In this document: in pieces, positions 54,065 through 63,328 of the stretch
How positions within the stretch are numbered: the stretch's first letter is position 1
How the letters are laid out: every line of letters begins with the position of its first letter
NCBI GenBank assembly: GCA_964453555.1
Contig: CAYVPC010000001.1
Location: forward strand, 2,340 to 66,339
Direction of reading: 5' to 3'
DNA: 64,000 nt
From: an uncultured Hyphomicrobiales bacterium
GTDB taxonomy: Bacteria; Pseudomonadota; Alphaproteobacteria; Rhizobiales; Xanthobacteraceae
Made by a program: the position numbers and the translations under genes
Notes under the pieces: generated by a model
Database searches by the model: none
Seen by the model: the letters and a program-made list of their open reading frames with translations, nothing else
Told to the model about the DNA's origin: nothing

Positions 54065-55549
54065 TCAGCGGCCATCCGGCGTGCGTAGCCCGAACCAGGC
54101 GTCGCGCACCTGATGGTAATGCACGACCGGATCGTAGATTGCGACCGGCAGCCGCAGCTCCTGCGCCGAGAGCCGTCCGACCGCCGATAGCAGGCTGTAC
54201 GAGGCGACCACGCGATCGTGTTGCGCCGTGATCAAGCTCACGCGTGCGTTGACCAGCGCCTGCTCCGCGTTAAGGACGTCAAGCGTCGTGCGTTGACCGG
54301 CGGCGGCTTCATTGCGAACGCCATTGAGCGCCCGTTCCGAAGCGTCATTCTGGCGAAGCGCCGCTTCCACTTCCGCCTTGGCGGCGATCAACTGTCCCCA
54401 TGCTTGCACCACATTGGCGCGCGTCTGGTCCCGGACTTGATCCACGTTCAGACGTTGCTGCCCGACCGTTTCCTTGTCCAGGCGGATGGCGGAATACTCC
54501 GCGCCGCCCTGATAAATCGGAACCGAAAGATTCAACATAGCCGTGCCCAGGAACAGGTTGGGCGTCAGGATGTTTGGGTAATTTTGCTGTTGCACGCTGC
54601 CTTGCAAGGCCAGCGTGGGCAACAGCGCGCCTTCCGCGATCTTTACTTGCAGCTGCGCGACATCAACGCCGTACAGCGCCGCTGTTACCGAGGGGTTCTC
54701 CGCGGTACCGACCGCAATCGCGGCATCGAGCTTGTTCGGCGACAGCCGGTCGACCGGCGAAGCCGGAGCGAGATTCGACGCCTCGACGCCGATGACGCGC
54801 CGATAATTTGCGCGCGTGGTCATCAGCGTGGACTCGGCGGCGTGCAAACTTGCTTCGCCCGCGGCCAATTGCGCCTCCGCCTGCGCCACGTCGGTGGCCG
54901 TCACTTGGCCGGCCGTGTATCGATTCTGAGTATCCTTCAGGGTGCGCTGCAACACACGAATATTGTTCTGCTGCACCTCGAGGTTGGCGGTATCGCGCGA
55001 CATATCCATGTAGGCGGTTGCGGCCGCCAATAGCACCGACTCTTCCATCACCCGCAGCGTTTCGCGCGCCGCCGACACCTGGCTTTCCGCCTTGCGCACC
55101 TTGTTGGCGGTCTGTTCGCCGTTGAACAGCGTTTGCGTGCCGTTGAGCCCGAACGAATAGGGATAGGTGGTGCCTTTGACGCTGTAGGTAACGCCGTTCG
55201 GCAGACCTGGCGGGATCGGCGGAATGACTCCCGACTGGTTGGTAAATTGCTCCGCCACCGAAGCAGTCGCGGAAACGGTCGGCCGATACCCGGAAAGCGC
55301 TTGCGTTACGCCCTCGTCGTTCTGGCGGACGATGGCGCGCTGCGCGTTGAGCTGCGGATTGTTCTGATAGGCTTTCGCCAGCGCCGACTCCATCGTCTCG
55401 TCGGCGGCTTGCCGCGCGGCGACCGCGGTCAATGCCATCAGAAGCGGGATGGTGGCTACAACGACGCGCCGGACCCATCCGGCCGGCGGTGATTGCGATC
55501 GTCGTCGACCCCCGGGAACGATAACTCTACGCCTCACAACCGGCCCCAA
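54065..55549 (-). CDS. tolC: TolC-family outer-membrane efflux protein
   Basis: ...ESALAKAYQNNPQLNAQRA...ALSGYRPTVSA... with a duplicated coiled-coil/beta-barrel repeat pattern. The TTG start is uncertain. Confidence 0.85.
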   Translation of the reverse strand: MGPVVRRRVIVPGGRRRSQSPPAGWVRRVVVATIPLLMALTAVAARQAADETMESALAKAYQNNPQLNAQRAIVRQNDEGVTQALSGYRPTVSATASVAEQFTNQSGVIPPIPPGLPNGVTYSVKGTTYPYSFGLNGTQTLFNGEQTANKVRKAESQVSAARETLRVMEESVLLAAATAYMDMSRDTANLEVQQNNIRVLQRTLKDTQNRYTAGQVTATDVAQAEAQLAAGEASLHAAESTLMTTRANYRRVIGVEASNLAPASPVDRLSPNKLDAAIAVGTAENPSVTAALYGVDVAQLQVKIAEGALLPTLALQGSVQQQNYPNILTPNLFLGTAMLNLSVPIYQGGAEYSAIRLDKETVGQQRLNVDQVRDQTRANVVQAWGQLIAAKAEVEAALRQNDASERALNGVRNEAAAGQRTTLDVLNAEQALVNARVSLITAQHDRVVASYSLLSAVGRLSAQELRLPVAIYDPVVHYHQVRDAWFGLRTPDGR

Positions 55550-55585
55550 TTTGCGCGGCGAAACCTTAACGTGGGGGTATCCGCC

Positions 55586-56611
55586 TTACAAGGTTGAGGC
55601 CGTCTCGCGCATTGTGCGCGGGCCGCCCGATTCTGGGCGCGCGAGCATGCGCAGTTCCCGCAAGCCGAGCGACAACGTGGCCAGGACAAGCGGCAGAACG
55701 AAATAAAGCGCCCGGAACGTCAGTAACGCCGCCAAAAGCTCCTCCCGCTGAAATTGGGGAAGGCCAATCAGCATCGTGGCCTCGATGACGCCCAGCCCGC
55801 CGGGCGCATGGCTGACCGTCCCGAGGAGCGTGGCAATCAGAAAGACGATCAGCGGGGCGACGAACCCGACCGCCGGGCTGGCCGGCAGAAGCGCGTACAT
55901 GGCGAGCGTCACGAAGCTCAGGTCCAGTGCGCCAATAGCGATCTGCACCAACGTCGAGCGGAGATTGGGCAGCGCAATGCTCCAGCCGGACCAGCCCGCC
56001 ACGCGCGGCCGCGGCGCGAGCCACGCAAGATAGCAGCCGATGGCCAGTAATCCGGCCAGCCCGATCGTCCGGTTTATCCATGGCGGCAAGTGATCGAGGA
56101 CAGTCACCGCTTGCGGAGCGTAGGCGATCGCACCGCCGAGCAGCAATGCGTTGCCGAGCCAGAACGTCATTCCGGTCACGAACGCGATTTTGGCGATGTC
56201 GATGACGGTGAGGCCCCAGGCCGAATAGATGCGCAGCCGGACTAGGCCACCGGTCAGCACGGCGGCACCCAGACTGTGCCCGATGGTCGAACTGGTGAAG
56301 CTTGCCAGCGCGGCGACCGAGTAGGGGATATTGTTGCGGCCGATGACGCGCAGCGCAAAAAGATCGTAGAAAGTGAGCGTGACGTAGCCGGCGATCACGA
56401 AAGCACCGGCGATGGCGATCCTTACGATCGATTGTGCGTCGAGCGCGGCCAACACCCGGCCGGCATCAACGTCACGTAACAATCGATAGAGCGTAAAGGC
56501 AGCCGCGCCGACGATCGACAGGCTGATCGCTGCGCTGATGGTGCCGCGGCCGAGCCTGGACGTGATCGTCTGCGCGATGCTGCTCGTCACGATTCGCGCG
56601 GAACTTCTCAT
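55586..56611 (-). CDS. UPF0104 / lysylphosphatidylglycerol-synthase-TM-like (flippase-like) membrane protein
   Basis: Polytopic protein whose N-terminus ...FTLYRLLRDVDAGRVLAAL... and ...LTFYDLFALRVIG... are typical of the family. Confidence 0.7.
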   Translation of the reverse strand: MRSSARIVTSSIAQTITSRLGRGTISAAISLSIVGAAAFTLYRLLRDVDAGRVLAALDAQSIVRIAIAGAFVIAGYVTLTFYDLFALRVIGRNNIPYSVAALASFTSSTIGHSLGAAVLTGGLVRLRIYSAWGLTVIDIAKIAFVTGMTFWLGNALLLGGAIAYAPQAVTVLDHLPPWINRTIGLAGLLAIGCYLAWLAPRPRVAGWSGWSIALPNLRSTLVQIAIGALDLSFVTLAMYALLPASPAVGFVAPLIVFLIATLLGTVSHAPGGLGVIEATMLIGLPQFQREELLAALLTFRALYFVLPLVLATLSLGLRELRMLARPESGGPRTMRETASTL

Positions 56612-56748
56612 TGAACTGTAACAGGAGTGTTACGCGAGCAAATAAATCGGCGGCCGCAAAGCTGCCGCCGTCACACTGCTGAGACATTAAATAGCAATTG
56701 TTGTCGCAACTGATTCGACAACAAGGGGCGGTTTCGGCCGCGCGCCCG

Positions 56749-57804
56749 ATGAAGGTTCTTGTCGCTACCGATGCGTGGCACCCGCAAGTCAACGGTGTGG
56801 TGCGCACATTGGGCTCGCTGGCGCGGGCAGCGGGCAAGCTCGGCGCTGCGATCGAATTTTTGTCGCCGGACGGTTTCCCGACTTTTCAGTTGCCGACCTA
56901 TCCGGGCTTGCGCCTCGCGCTGCCGAGTCGCCGCGGGATCGCAGCGCGCATCGAGGCGGCGCGACCCGACGCCATCCACATCGCGACCGAAGGCCCGATC
57001 GGTTTCGCCGTGCGTTCCTATTGCCGGCGCAACAAGCGGCCGTTCACCACTAGCTACACGACACGCTTTCCCGAATATATTTCGGCCCGTTTGCCGATCC
57101 CGGAAAGCTTGGTCTATGCGGTGCTGCGCTGGTTCCACGGCGGCGCCAGCGTGACTATGGTGGCGACGCCGTCGTTGATGAGCGAGCTTTCACAGCGCGG
57201 ATTTACGCACCTCGGCATGTGGACGCGCGGCGTGGACGTTGATTTGTTTCGGCCGGACCGCGCCATCGACCTTAACCTGCCGCGGCCGGTGTTCATGACC
57301 GTCGGCCGCGTTGCGGTGGAAAAGAATCTGGAAGCTTTCCTGTCACTCGATCTGCCCGGCAGCAAGGTGGTGATCGGCACCGGTCCCGCCGAGGCGAAGC
57401 TCAAGCGCGACTTTCCGGACGCAAAATTCCTCGGTCCGCTGGAAAATGGAACGCTCGCGGCGCATCTCGCAGCGGCCGACGTTTTCGTTTTTCCGAGCCG
57501 GACCGACACATTCGGTATCGTGCAGCTCGAGGCGCTGGCGAGCGGCGTCCCGATCGCCGCTTTTCCCGTCACCGGCCCGAAAGACGTGGTTGGCGACCAT
57601 CCGATCGGCGCATTGGACGAAGACCTTCGCCGCGCCTGCATGGAGGCGCTTGCGCTGCCGCGCGACGCCTGCCGCAAATTCGCGCTCGATTGCTCGTGGG
57701 AAAATAGCGCGCGGCAATTCCTCGGCCACGCCCGCAAGGTGGCCGCTGGCGGTAATCGGGAATTAGAGACGGCGATGACGATGACGGAAACCGCGCCGGG
57801 CTGA
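56749..57804 (+). CDS. GT4-family (GT-B) glycosyltransferase
   Basis: MKVLVATDAWHPQVNGVVRTL...VGRVAVEKNLEAF...VFVFPSRTDTFGIVQLEALASGVPIAA. Confidence 0.85.
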   Translation: MKVLVATDAWHPQVNGVVRTLGSLARAAGKLGAAIEFLSPDGFPTFQLPTYPGLRLALPSRRGIAARIEAARPDAIHIATEGPIGFAVRSYCRRNKRPFTTSYTTRFPEYISARLPIPESLVYAVLRWFHGGASVTMVATPSLMSELSQRGFTHLGMWTRGVDVDLFRPDRAIDLNLPRPVFMTVGRVAVEKNLEAFLSLDLPGSKVVIGTGPAEAKLKRDFPDAKFLGPLENGTLAAHLAAADVFVFPSRTDTFGIVQLEALASGVPIAAFPVTGPKDVVGDHPIGALDEDLRRACMEALALPRDACRKFALDCSWENSARQFLGHARKVAAGGNRELETAMTMTETAPG

Positions 57805-57853
57805 CCCTCGGCGCGGATTGTTGCCCCAACGATCTGGAACCAAAGGATCCGAC

Positions 57854-58570
57854 ATGGCTAACCTATCGCACGCGGAACTCGACAAACAGACGGTCACCAA
57901 AGCCTATGCGCGATGGGCGCCGGTCTACGATCTGGTGTTCGGCGCGGTGTTCGAGCGCGGCCGCCAGGCGGCGATCGAGGCCGCCGAACGCGTCGGCGGC
58001 CGCATTCTTGAAGTCGGCGTCGGCACGGGTATCTCGCTTCCGGAATACTCGCGCGACTGCACCCTGTGCGGCGTCGATATCTCCGAGCCGATGTTGCGCA
58101 AGGCGCGGGAACGGGTCGCCGAATTTGGCTTAACCAATGTTGAGGGGCTTTGGGTGATGGATGCCGAGCATCTTTCTTTCCCCGACCAATCCTTCGATGT
58201 CGTGGTCGCGCAATATGTGGTTACGACGGTGCCGAATCCGGAAGCGACCCTTGACGAATTCGCCCGCGTGCTCAAGCCGGGCGGCGAGATCGTGCTGGTG
58301 AGCCGCGTCGGCGCCGAGGCGGGATTACGGCGCTCGCTCGAGCACTGGTTCGCGCCCGCGGCGCGCAAGCTCGGCTGGCGGACGGAATTTTCCTTTGAGC
58401 GGTATGCCAGCTGGGCAGCCCGAACCGAGGGCGTGCGCCTCGTCGAACGGCGCGCTATGCCGCCGCTCGGACATTTCTGCCTCATCCGCTTTGCCAAGGA
58501 GGGCGGATCGGCCGCCGCCCGTCCGGCCGCGCTGCCGGAAATCTACCCGGCGACGCGCACAGCGCACTGA
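57854..58570 (+). CDS. Class I SAM-dependent methyltransferase, Rhodobacter-type phospholipid N-methyltransferase (PmtA)-like
   Basis: YARWAPVYDLVFGAVFERGRQ...ILEVGVGTGISLP...LKPGGEIVLV. AGGA lies upstream of the internal ATG. Confidence 0.7.
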   Translation: MANLSHAELDKQTVTKAYARWAPVYDLVFGAVFERGRQAAIEAAERVGGRILEVGVGTGISLPEYSRDCTLCGVDISEPMLRKARERVAEFGLTNVEGLWVMDAEHLSFPDQSFDVVVAQYVVTTVPNPEATLDEFARVLKPGGEIVLVSRVGAEAGLRRSLEHWFAPAARKLGWRTEFSFERYASWAARTEGVRLVERRAMPPLGHFCLIRFAKEGGSAAARPAALPEIYPATRTAH

Positions 58571-58678
58571 CCGGCGCTCGCCGCCGATAAATCCTAAATG
58601 CGACGTTCTCTTCCCTGTCACAGGGGATTCACCGAATCGCCATACCCGGAACGGATGACCTCACGACGGAGGATAGAC

Positions 58679-59329
58679 ATGGACGGTTTTCTCGCCGCTT
58701 TACGCACGCAGCGCTGGGACGATCATCGTTATTACCATCACAGCCGCATCAATCAGTCGCTTCACCTCGTTAGTGCGGTCAGTTTCTTGTTTTCCTATGT
58801 GATGATCTTCAAGGATCCGGCAATTTCGGCGCTGGCCGGCTGGCTGGTGGCGATGACCACGCGCCAGTCTGGGCATTTCTTTTTCGAGCCGAAGACTTAT
58901 GACGAAGTCAACGACGCCAGTCACGAATACAAGGAAGAAATAAAGGTCGGCTACAATCTGCGCCGCAAGATCGTGCTGCTGGCGATCTGGGCGGCCTCGC
59001 CGCTGCCGCTTTATTTCGATCCGACCTTCTTCGGGTTGTTCACGCCGGCGACGGACACCGCCGGATTTATTCGCCATGTGGCGGAAATCTGGCTAGTCAT
59101 CGGCATCGGCGGCGTGTTGTTCCGCACCGTGCAACTATTCTTGATTAAGGACATGCAAACCGGATTGGTCTGGGCAACCAAGATCCTCACCGACCCGTTT
59201 CACGATATCAAGCTCTACCACAAGGCCCCACTCGCGCTTTTGCGCGGTGAGCTTATCGATCCGGGTATCGGCCGCGAGGTTGCGGAGTGGGACGGGGGAG
59301 AAGCCGAAGAAGCGCCGCACCTGACTTGA
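58679..59329 (+). CDS. Conserved membrane protein of unknown function (possibly Mpo1/DUF962-like; weak guess)
   Basis: Start chosen at the ATG preceded by GGAGGA (MDGFLAALRTQRWDDHRYYHHSRINQSLHLVSAVSFLF...). Has 3-4 hydrophobic segments. Confidence 0.5.
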   Translation: MDGFLAALRTQRWDDHRYYHHSRINQSLHLVSAVSFLFSYVMIFKDPAISALAGWLVAMTTRQSGHFFFEPKTYDEVNDASHEYKEEIKVGYNLRRKIVLLAIWAASPLPLYFDPTFFGLFTPATDTAGFIRHVAEIWLVIGIGGVLFRTVQLFLIKDMQTGLVWATKILTDPFHDIKLYHKAPLALLRGELIDPGIGREVAEWDGGEAEEAPHLT

Positions 59330-59345
59330 GTGCGGCGAAAAGCGG

Positions 59346-61025
59346 CTAATGCGGGTACCGGACCGAGAGCAGGCGGCGGGCGATCATTTCCCGAAGGATC
59401 GTCCGCTTGATGGATTTGTCGGTCAGTGCCGCGTCTTGCCACCACCAGCCATCTTCGTTCATCGCGCGCGCTGCGGCGGCGAAGCGGTGCGCAACGGCGT
59501 CAAAATCCGCCTCGCTGTAGTCAAGACTGAAGATAAGCCGGCCGGTTCCGATCCAGCCCAGTGCCAGGCCTTCGGCGCGCAGATAATATTGCAGCATCCA
59601 ATTGTAGCGCGACGGCGTGCGGTAGCAGACCGTCCAGACCGACGACATGTAGGCGACTTCGACCGGCACCTCTTCAGCGGCGAGGCGTTCGTTGAGGCGG
59701 CGTGCCCGTTCGGTCCAGATCCAATCGACGTCCCGGTAGATCGCCTCGCCCTCAGAAGTCTTAAGATGGCGCAGGAATTCGTTCATCGCACCCATCACGT
59801 AGGGGTGCGAATTGAATGTGCCGCGGGCAAAGCAGATATCGGCCGGCCGATCTTCGCGGAACCGTTTCATCAGATCGGCGCGCCCGCACACGACGCCGAT
59901 CGGCAATCCGCCGCCGAGCGTCTTGCCGTAGGTAACGAGATCGGCGCGCACGCCGAAATATTCCTGCGCGCCGCCGCGCGCGAGGCGGAAGCCGATAAAC
60001 ACCTCGTCGAAGATCAGCACGATGCCGCGTTCGGTGCAGACGTCGCGCAGGCGGGACAGCCAATCGGCGTAAGCCTCCCTGTCGAAACGCGCGCGCCGCG
60101 TGCTGTCGACGAGCGCGCCGTCACTTGGCGCGGACGCGTTCGGATGCAGCGCCTGCAACGGATTGACCAACACGCAGGCAATATTGCGCCGCGAGCCGAT
60201 CACGCGCAGTGCATCCTCGGACATTTCGGTCAGCGTATAGGTTTCGTGCGCCGGCACGGGGTTGCCGACGCCCGGTTGCACGTCGCCCCACCAGCCGTGA
60301 TAGGCACCACAAAACCGCACCAGATGCGATTGCCGCGTGTGGTAGCGGGCCAGCCGCACCGCCTGCATCACCGCCTCGGTGCCGGACATGTGAAAGGAGA
60401 CTTCGTCGAGGCCGGAAATTTCTTTGAGCAGTTCGACATTCTCCGCGATCAGCGGATGATAGGTGCCGAGCACCGGGCCGAGCTCGCGCACGCGCGCGCA
60501 GCCACGCTCGACGGCGGCTTTGTAGAAGTCGTAGCCGAGGACGTTCACTCCGTAGGAACCGCCGACGTCGTAGAAACGATTGCCGTCGAGATCGGTGAGG
60601 GTGACACCGGAACTTGCTTGCATGAAGGCGGCGGAAGGCAGGTGCGCCCGCACGTAGCGGCTGTATTGAAACGGAACGCGGTAAGCGTCGGTGAATTGCA
60701 GATCGGAGATGCTTTTGGCTGCTTCCGCCGTCTGCCGGATGGTTTCGGCAAAGCGCGCCTTGTAGAGCGCGGACAGCCGCTGAAAGCCGGCGCGGCGGCG
60801 CGCGGCAACATCCGCGGGTGCGCCGTCCGAGCAAAAGAAACGCTCCTCGTCGTAGTCGTAGAACGGAACCAGGGCGGCGAGGCGGCGGGAGAGACGCGCG
60901 TGCCCGGTGAGCGATTTATGTTTGGCCTGCGAAAGCTCGAAACGCCGCCGCAGCTTGACCAGCGAGGTCGCGAGCGCCGCGCCGCCGACCCCGTAGAACG
61001 CCAGCATTTTCATGGCCAATGCCAT
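59346..61025 (-). CDS. Class III PLP aminotransferase (glutamate-1-semialdehyde aminomutase-like) with a ~130-aa N-terminal extension
   Basis: SGTEAVMQAVRLAR, IFDEVFIGFRLARGG and VTYGKTLGGGLPIGV (PLP Lys). The N-terminus has a TM-like MKMLAFYGVGGAALATSLV. Confidence 0.85.
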   Translation of the reverse strand: MALAMKMLAFYGVGGAALATSLVKLRRRFELSQAKHKSLTGHARLSRRLAALVPFYDYDEERFFCSDGAPADVAARRRAGFQRLSALYKARFAETIRQTAEAAKSISDLQFTDAYRVPFQYSRYVRAHLPSAAFMQASSGVTLTDLDGNRFYDVGGSYGVNVLGYDFYKAAVERGCARVRELGPVLGTYHPLIAENVELLKEISGLDEVSFHMSGTEAVMQAVRLARYHTRQSHLVRFCGAYHGWWGDVQPGVGNPVPAHETYTLTEMSEDALRVIGSRRNIACVLVNPLQALHPNASAPSDGALVDSTRRARFDREAYADWLSRLRDVCTERGIVLIFDEVFIGFRLARGGAQEYFGVRADLVTYGKTLGGGLPIGVVCGRADLMKRFREDRPADICFARGTFNSHPYVMGAMNEFLRHLKTSEGEAIYRDVDWIWTERARRLNERLAAEEVPVEVAYMSSVWTVCYRTPSRYNWMLQYYLRAEGLALGWIGTGRLIFSLDYSEADFDAVAHRFAAAARAMNEDGWWWQDAALTDKSIKRTILREMIARRLLSVRYPH

Positions 61026-61060
61026 CGGAAAGCGGTTTACGCCCCGGATTTGACAGCGCC

Positions 61061-61927
61061 ATGACGATCCGCTCGCAGCTGCTGCGCGTATTCGAGCAGG
61101 AAGACATCAACTTTCTTGTCACCAACCGTATCCCGCGGCGGCTGACTACGCGGTTCATCGGATGGTTCAGCCGGATCGAGCAGCCGTTGATTCGCGACCT
61201 GTCGATCGGCCTGTGGCGGCTGTTTTCCGACCTCAATTTGGTAGAGGCTAAGAAGGCGCAGTTTCGCAGCGTCCACGATTGCTTCACGCGCGAACTTAAG
61301 GACGGCGCGCGCCCGGTCGATGCCAGGGCTGATATTCTGGTCAGTCCGTGCGATGCGATTGTCGGCGCCTGCGGTCCGATCGCCGGCACCGAAGTCTATC
61401 AGGCCAAGGGCTTTCGCTATTCGCTCGATGACCTCGTCGGCGATCGCGGGCTCGTCGAAACGCATCGCGATGGCTGTTATGTCACGCTGCGGCTGACGGC
61501 GAGCATGTATCACCGCTTCCACGCGCCGCACGATTGCCGCGTCGAAGGGGTGGTCTACATTTCCGGTGATACCTGGAACGTCAATCCGATCGCGCTCAAA
61601 CGCATCGAGCGGTTGTTCTGCAAGAACGAGCGCGCGGTGATCCGGACGAAGCTTGCGCCGGGCGGTCAGCCAGTGACGCTGGTGGCGGTTGCCGCCATTC
61701 TGGTCGCGAGCATCCGACTGCACTGTCTGGACACTCCCTTGAACCTCGCGCATCGGGGTCCGAACGTGATGGCGTGCGATGCGCTGTTCCGCAAAGGCGA
61801 CGAACTCGGCTGGTTCGAGGATGGCTCGACCATCATCGTGTTCGCACCGGAAGGCTTTGCGCTGTGCGACAACGTGCGCGACGGCGCCGTCATTCGCGTC
61901 GGCGAGCCGCTGATGCGGCTGTCCTGA
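61061..61927 (+). CDS. Phosphatidylserine decarboxylase-like (archaetidylserine decarboxylase-type) proenzyme
   Basis: YHRFHAP, NERAV, and the self-cleavage-type GST in GWFEDGSTIIVF. Confidence 0.8.
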   Translation: MTIRSQLLRVFEQEDINFLVTNRIPRRLTTRFIGWFSRIEQPLIRDLSIGLWRLFSDLNLVEAKKAQFRSVHDCFTRELKDGARPVDARADILVSPCDAIVGACGPIAGTEVYQAKGFRYSLDDLVGDRGLVETHRDGCYVTLRLTASMYHRFHAPHDCRVEGVVYISGDTWNVNPIALKRIERLFCKNERAVIRTKLAPGGQPVTLVAVAAILVASIRLHCLDTPLNLAHRGPNVMACDALFRKGDELGWFEDGSTIIVFAPEGFALCDNVRDGAVIRVGEPLMRLS

Positions 61928-61935
61928 CCCGACGC

Positions 61936-62565
61936 TCAGCTTGCCGGCTTCGGGATCAGTGAGTCGTCGATCTCCCGCGCCCGCCCATAAGCCGGACGGG
62001 CGCTGACGCGCTTCCAGTAGCTCTCGAAAGCCGGGCGCTTTTCGATGGTTTTGAACGCCAGGCCGAAGCCGATCTGCGAGCCGGCATAGACGTCGGCCGC
62101 GGTAAAAGTGTCGCCGGCCAGATAGGTGCTGGCCGAGACCGCCTCTTCCAGCGCCTTCATAACCCGCTCAAAGCTTCCGTAACCAATGGTGCCCTCCCGC
62201 TCGGGCGGCACCACGAACCCGAAATTCTTGTTGGATACCGCGGCCTCGATCGGTCCGGCCGCGAAAAACATCCAACGGTAGTAGGGCGCGCGCATACGGT
62301 CGCCCGGCGAAGGCGCCAGCTTGGCTTGCGGAAATGCATCGGCAAGGTAGGCGCAGATGGCGCCAGCCTCGGTCACCACAACATTACCATGAACCAGCGC
62401 CGGCACCTTCCCCATCGGATTGACGTCGAGGTAGCTGGGCGATTTCATCGTCGTCCCGTATTCGAGAATCTCGGTGCGATAGGGTTGACCGACCTCTTCG
62501 AGCATCCAGCGCACGATACGGCCGCGTGATCGCGGATTGGTGTAAAAAACGAGCTCGTCGGCCAT
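61936..62565 (-). CDS. Glutathione S-transferase
   Basis: N-terminal thioredoxin-like GST fold (…NPMGKVPALVHG…VVTEAGAICAYL…) plus an alpha-helical C-domain. Confidence 0.85.
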   Translation of the reverse strand: MADELVFYTNPRSRGRIVRWMLEEVGQPYRTEILEYGTTMKSPSYLDVNPMGKVPALVHGNVVVTEAGAICAYLADAFPQAKLAPSPGDRMRAPYYRWMFFAAGPIEAAVSNKNFGFVVPPEREGTIGYGSFERVMKALEEAVSASTYLAGDTFTAADVYAGSQIGFGLAFKTIEKRPAFESYWKRVSARPAYGRAREIDDSLIPKPAS

Positions 62566-62638
62566 GGCCGTTCCTCCCCTGCTCGAGCTTTTCCCGTTGT
62601 TATATGGGCTGGCGCAGTGTCGCCGGCAATGATGCCGT

Positions 62639-63328
62639 TCAGTCGGGCGCGCGCAGCCGATAACCGATGCCGGTTTCGGTCAGCACGTATTGCGGCTGCT
62701 CGGGATCGGTCTCGATCTTTTGCCGGAGTTGACGGACGTAGACCCGGAGATATTGGGCGTCGGTCAGATCGTCCCACAATTCGCCGAGTAGATATTTATG
62801 CGTGAGTACTTTGCCGGCGTGCTGAACCAGCACGCGCAATAGGTCGTATTCCTTGGGCGAAAGTTTCACCTCTTTGTCGCCGGTCTTGACGATGCGCCGC
62901 ACGAGGTCGACGGAAAGGTCGCCGACGCGGAAGACCGGCCGCTCGCCGTGGATTTGCAATTGATGGCGCAAAGCGGCGCGGATGCGGGCGAGAAGCTCAT
63001 CCATACCGAACGGCTTGGTGACATAGTCGTCGGCGCCGAGATCGAGCGCCTGAACCTTGCCGGCTTCGTCGCCGCGGCTCGACAGGACGACGATCGGCAC
63101 GCTCTCATTGCGGCCGCGGATCATCCGCAGCAGATCGTGTCCATGCGCGTCGGGCAAACCGAGGTCGAGAATGATGAGGTCCGGCTTCTCGCCGAGCAGA
63201 TCGAGCGCCGTCTTGGCGTTGGGTGCCTCGATCGTTTGATAACCGTGGGCGGAGAGCCCCATGCGCAGGAGCTTACGGATCGGCGGCTCGTCGTCGATCA
63301 CCAGGACGCGGAGCGGGGCGGCGTTCAT
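62639..63328 (-). CDS. kdpE: OmpR-family response regulator KdpE
   Basis: VLVIDDEPPIRK...DLIILDLGLPD...SPKEYDLLRVLVQHAGKVLTHKYLLGELWD. ATGA-overlapped with kdpD. Confidence 0.9.
   Translation of the reverse strand: MNAAPLRVLVIDDEPPIRKLLRMGLSAHGYQTIEAPNAKTALDLLGEKPDLIILDLGLPDAHGHDLLRMIRGRNESVPIVVLSSRGDEAGKVQALDLGADDYVTKPFGMDELLARIRAALRHQLQIHGERPVFRVGDLSVDLVRRIVKTGDKEVKLSPKEYDLLRVLVQHAGKVLTHKYLLGELWDDLTDAQYLRVYVRQLRQKIETDPEQPQYVLTETGIGYRLRAPD

Noticed and set aside
54218-55478. 271-aa ORFs on both strands inside tolC
   Set aside because: They are alternative-frame or antisense shadows of the TolC gene.
59349-61064. 571-aa plus-strand ORF, the longest on its strand in this region
   Set aside because: It lies exactly antisense to the class III aminotransferase, which has clear PLP-enzyme motifs. 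Its translation is Arg/Gly/Ala-rich with no motif, so it is a typical GC-driven shadow ORF.
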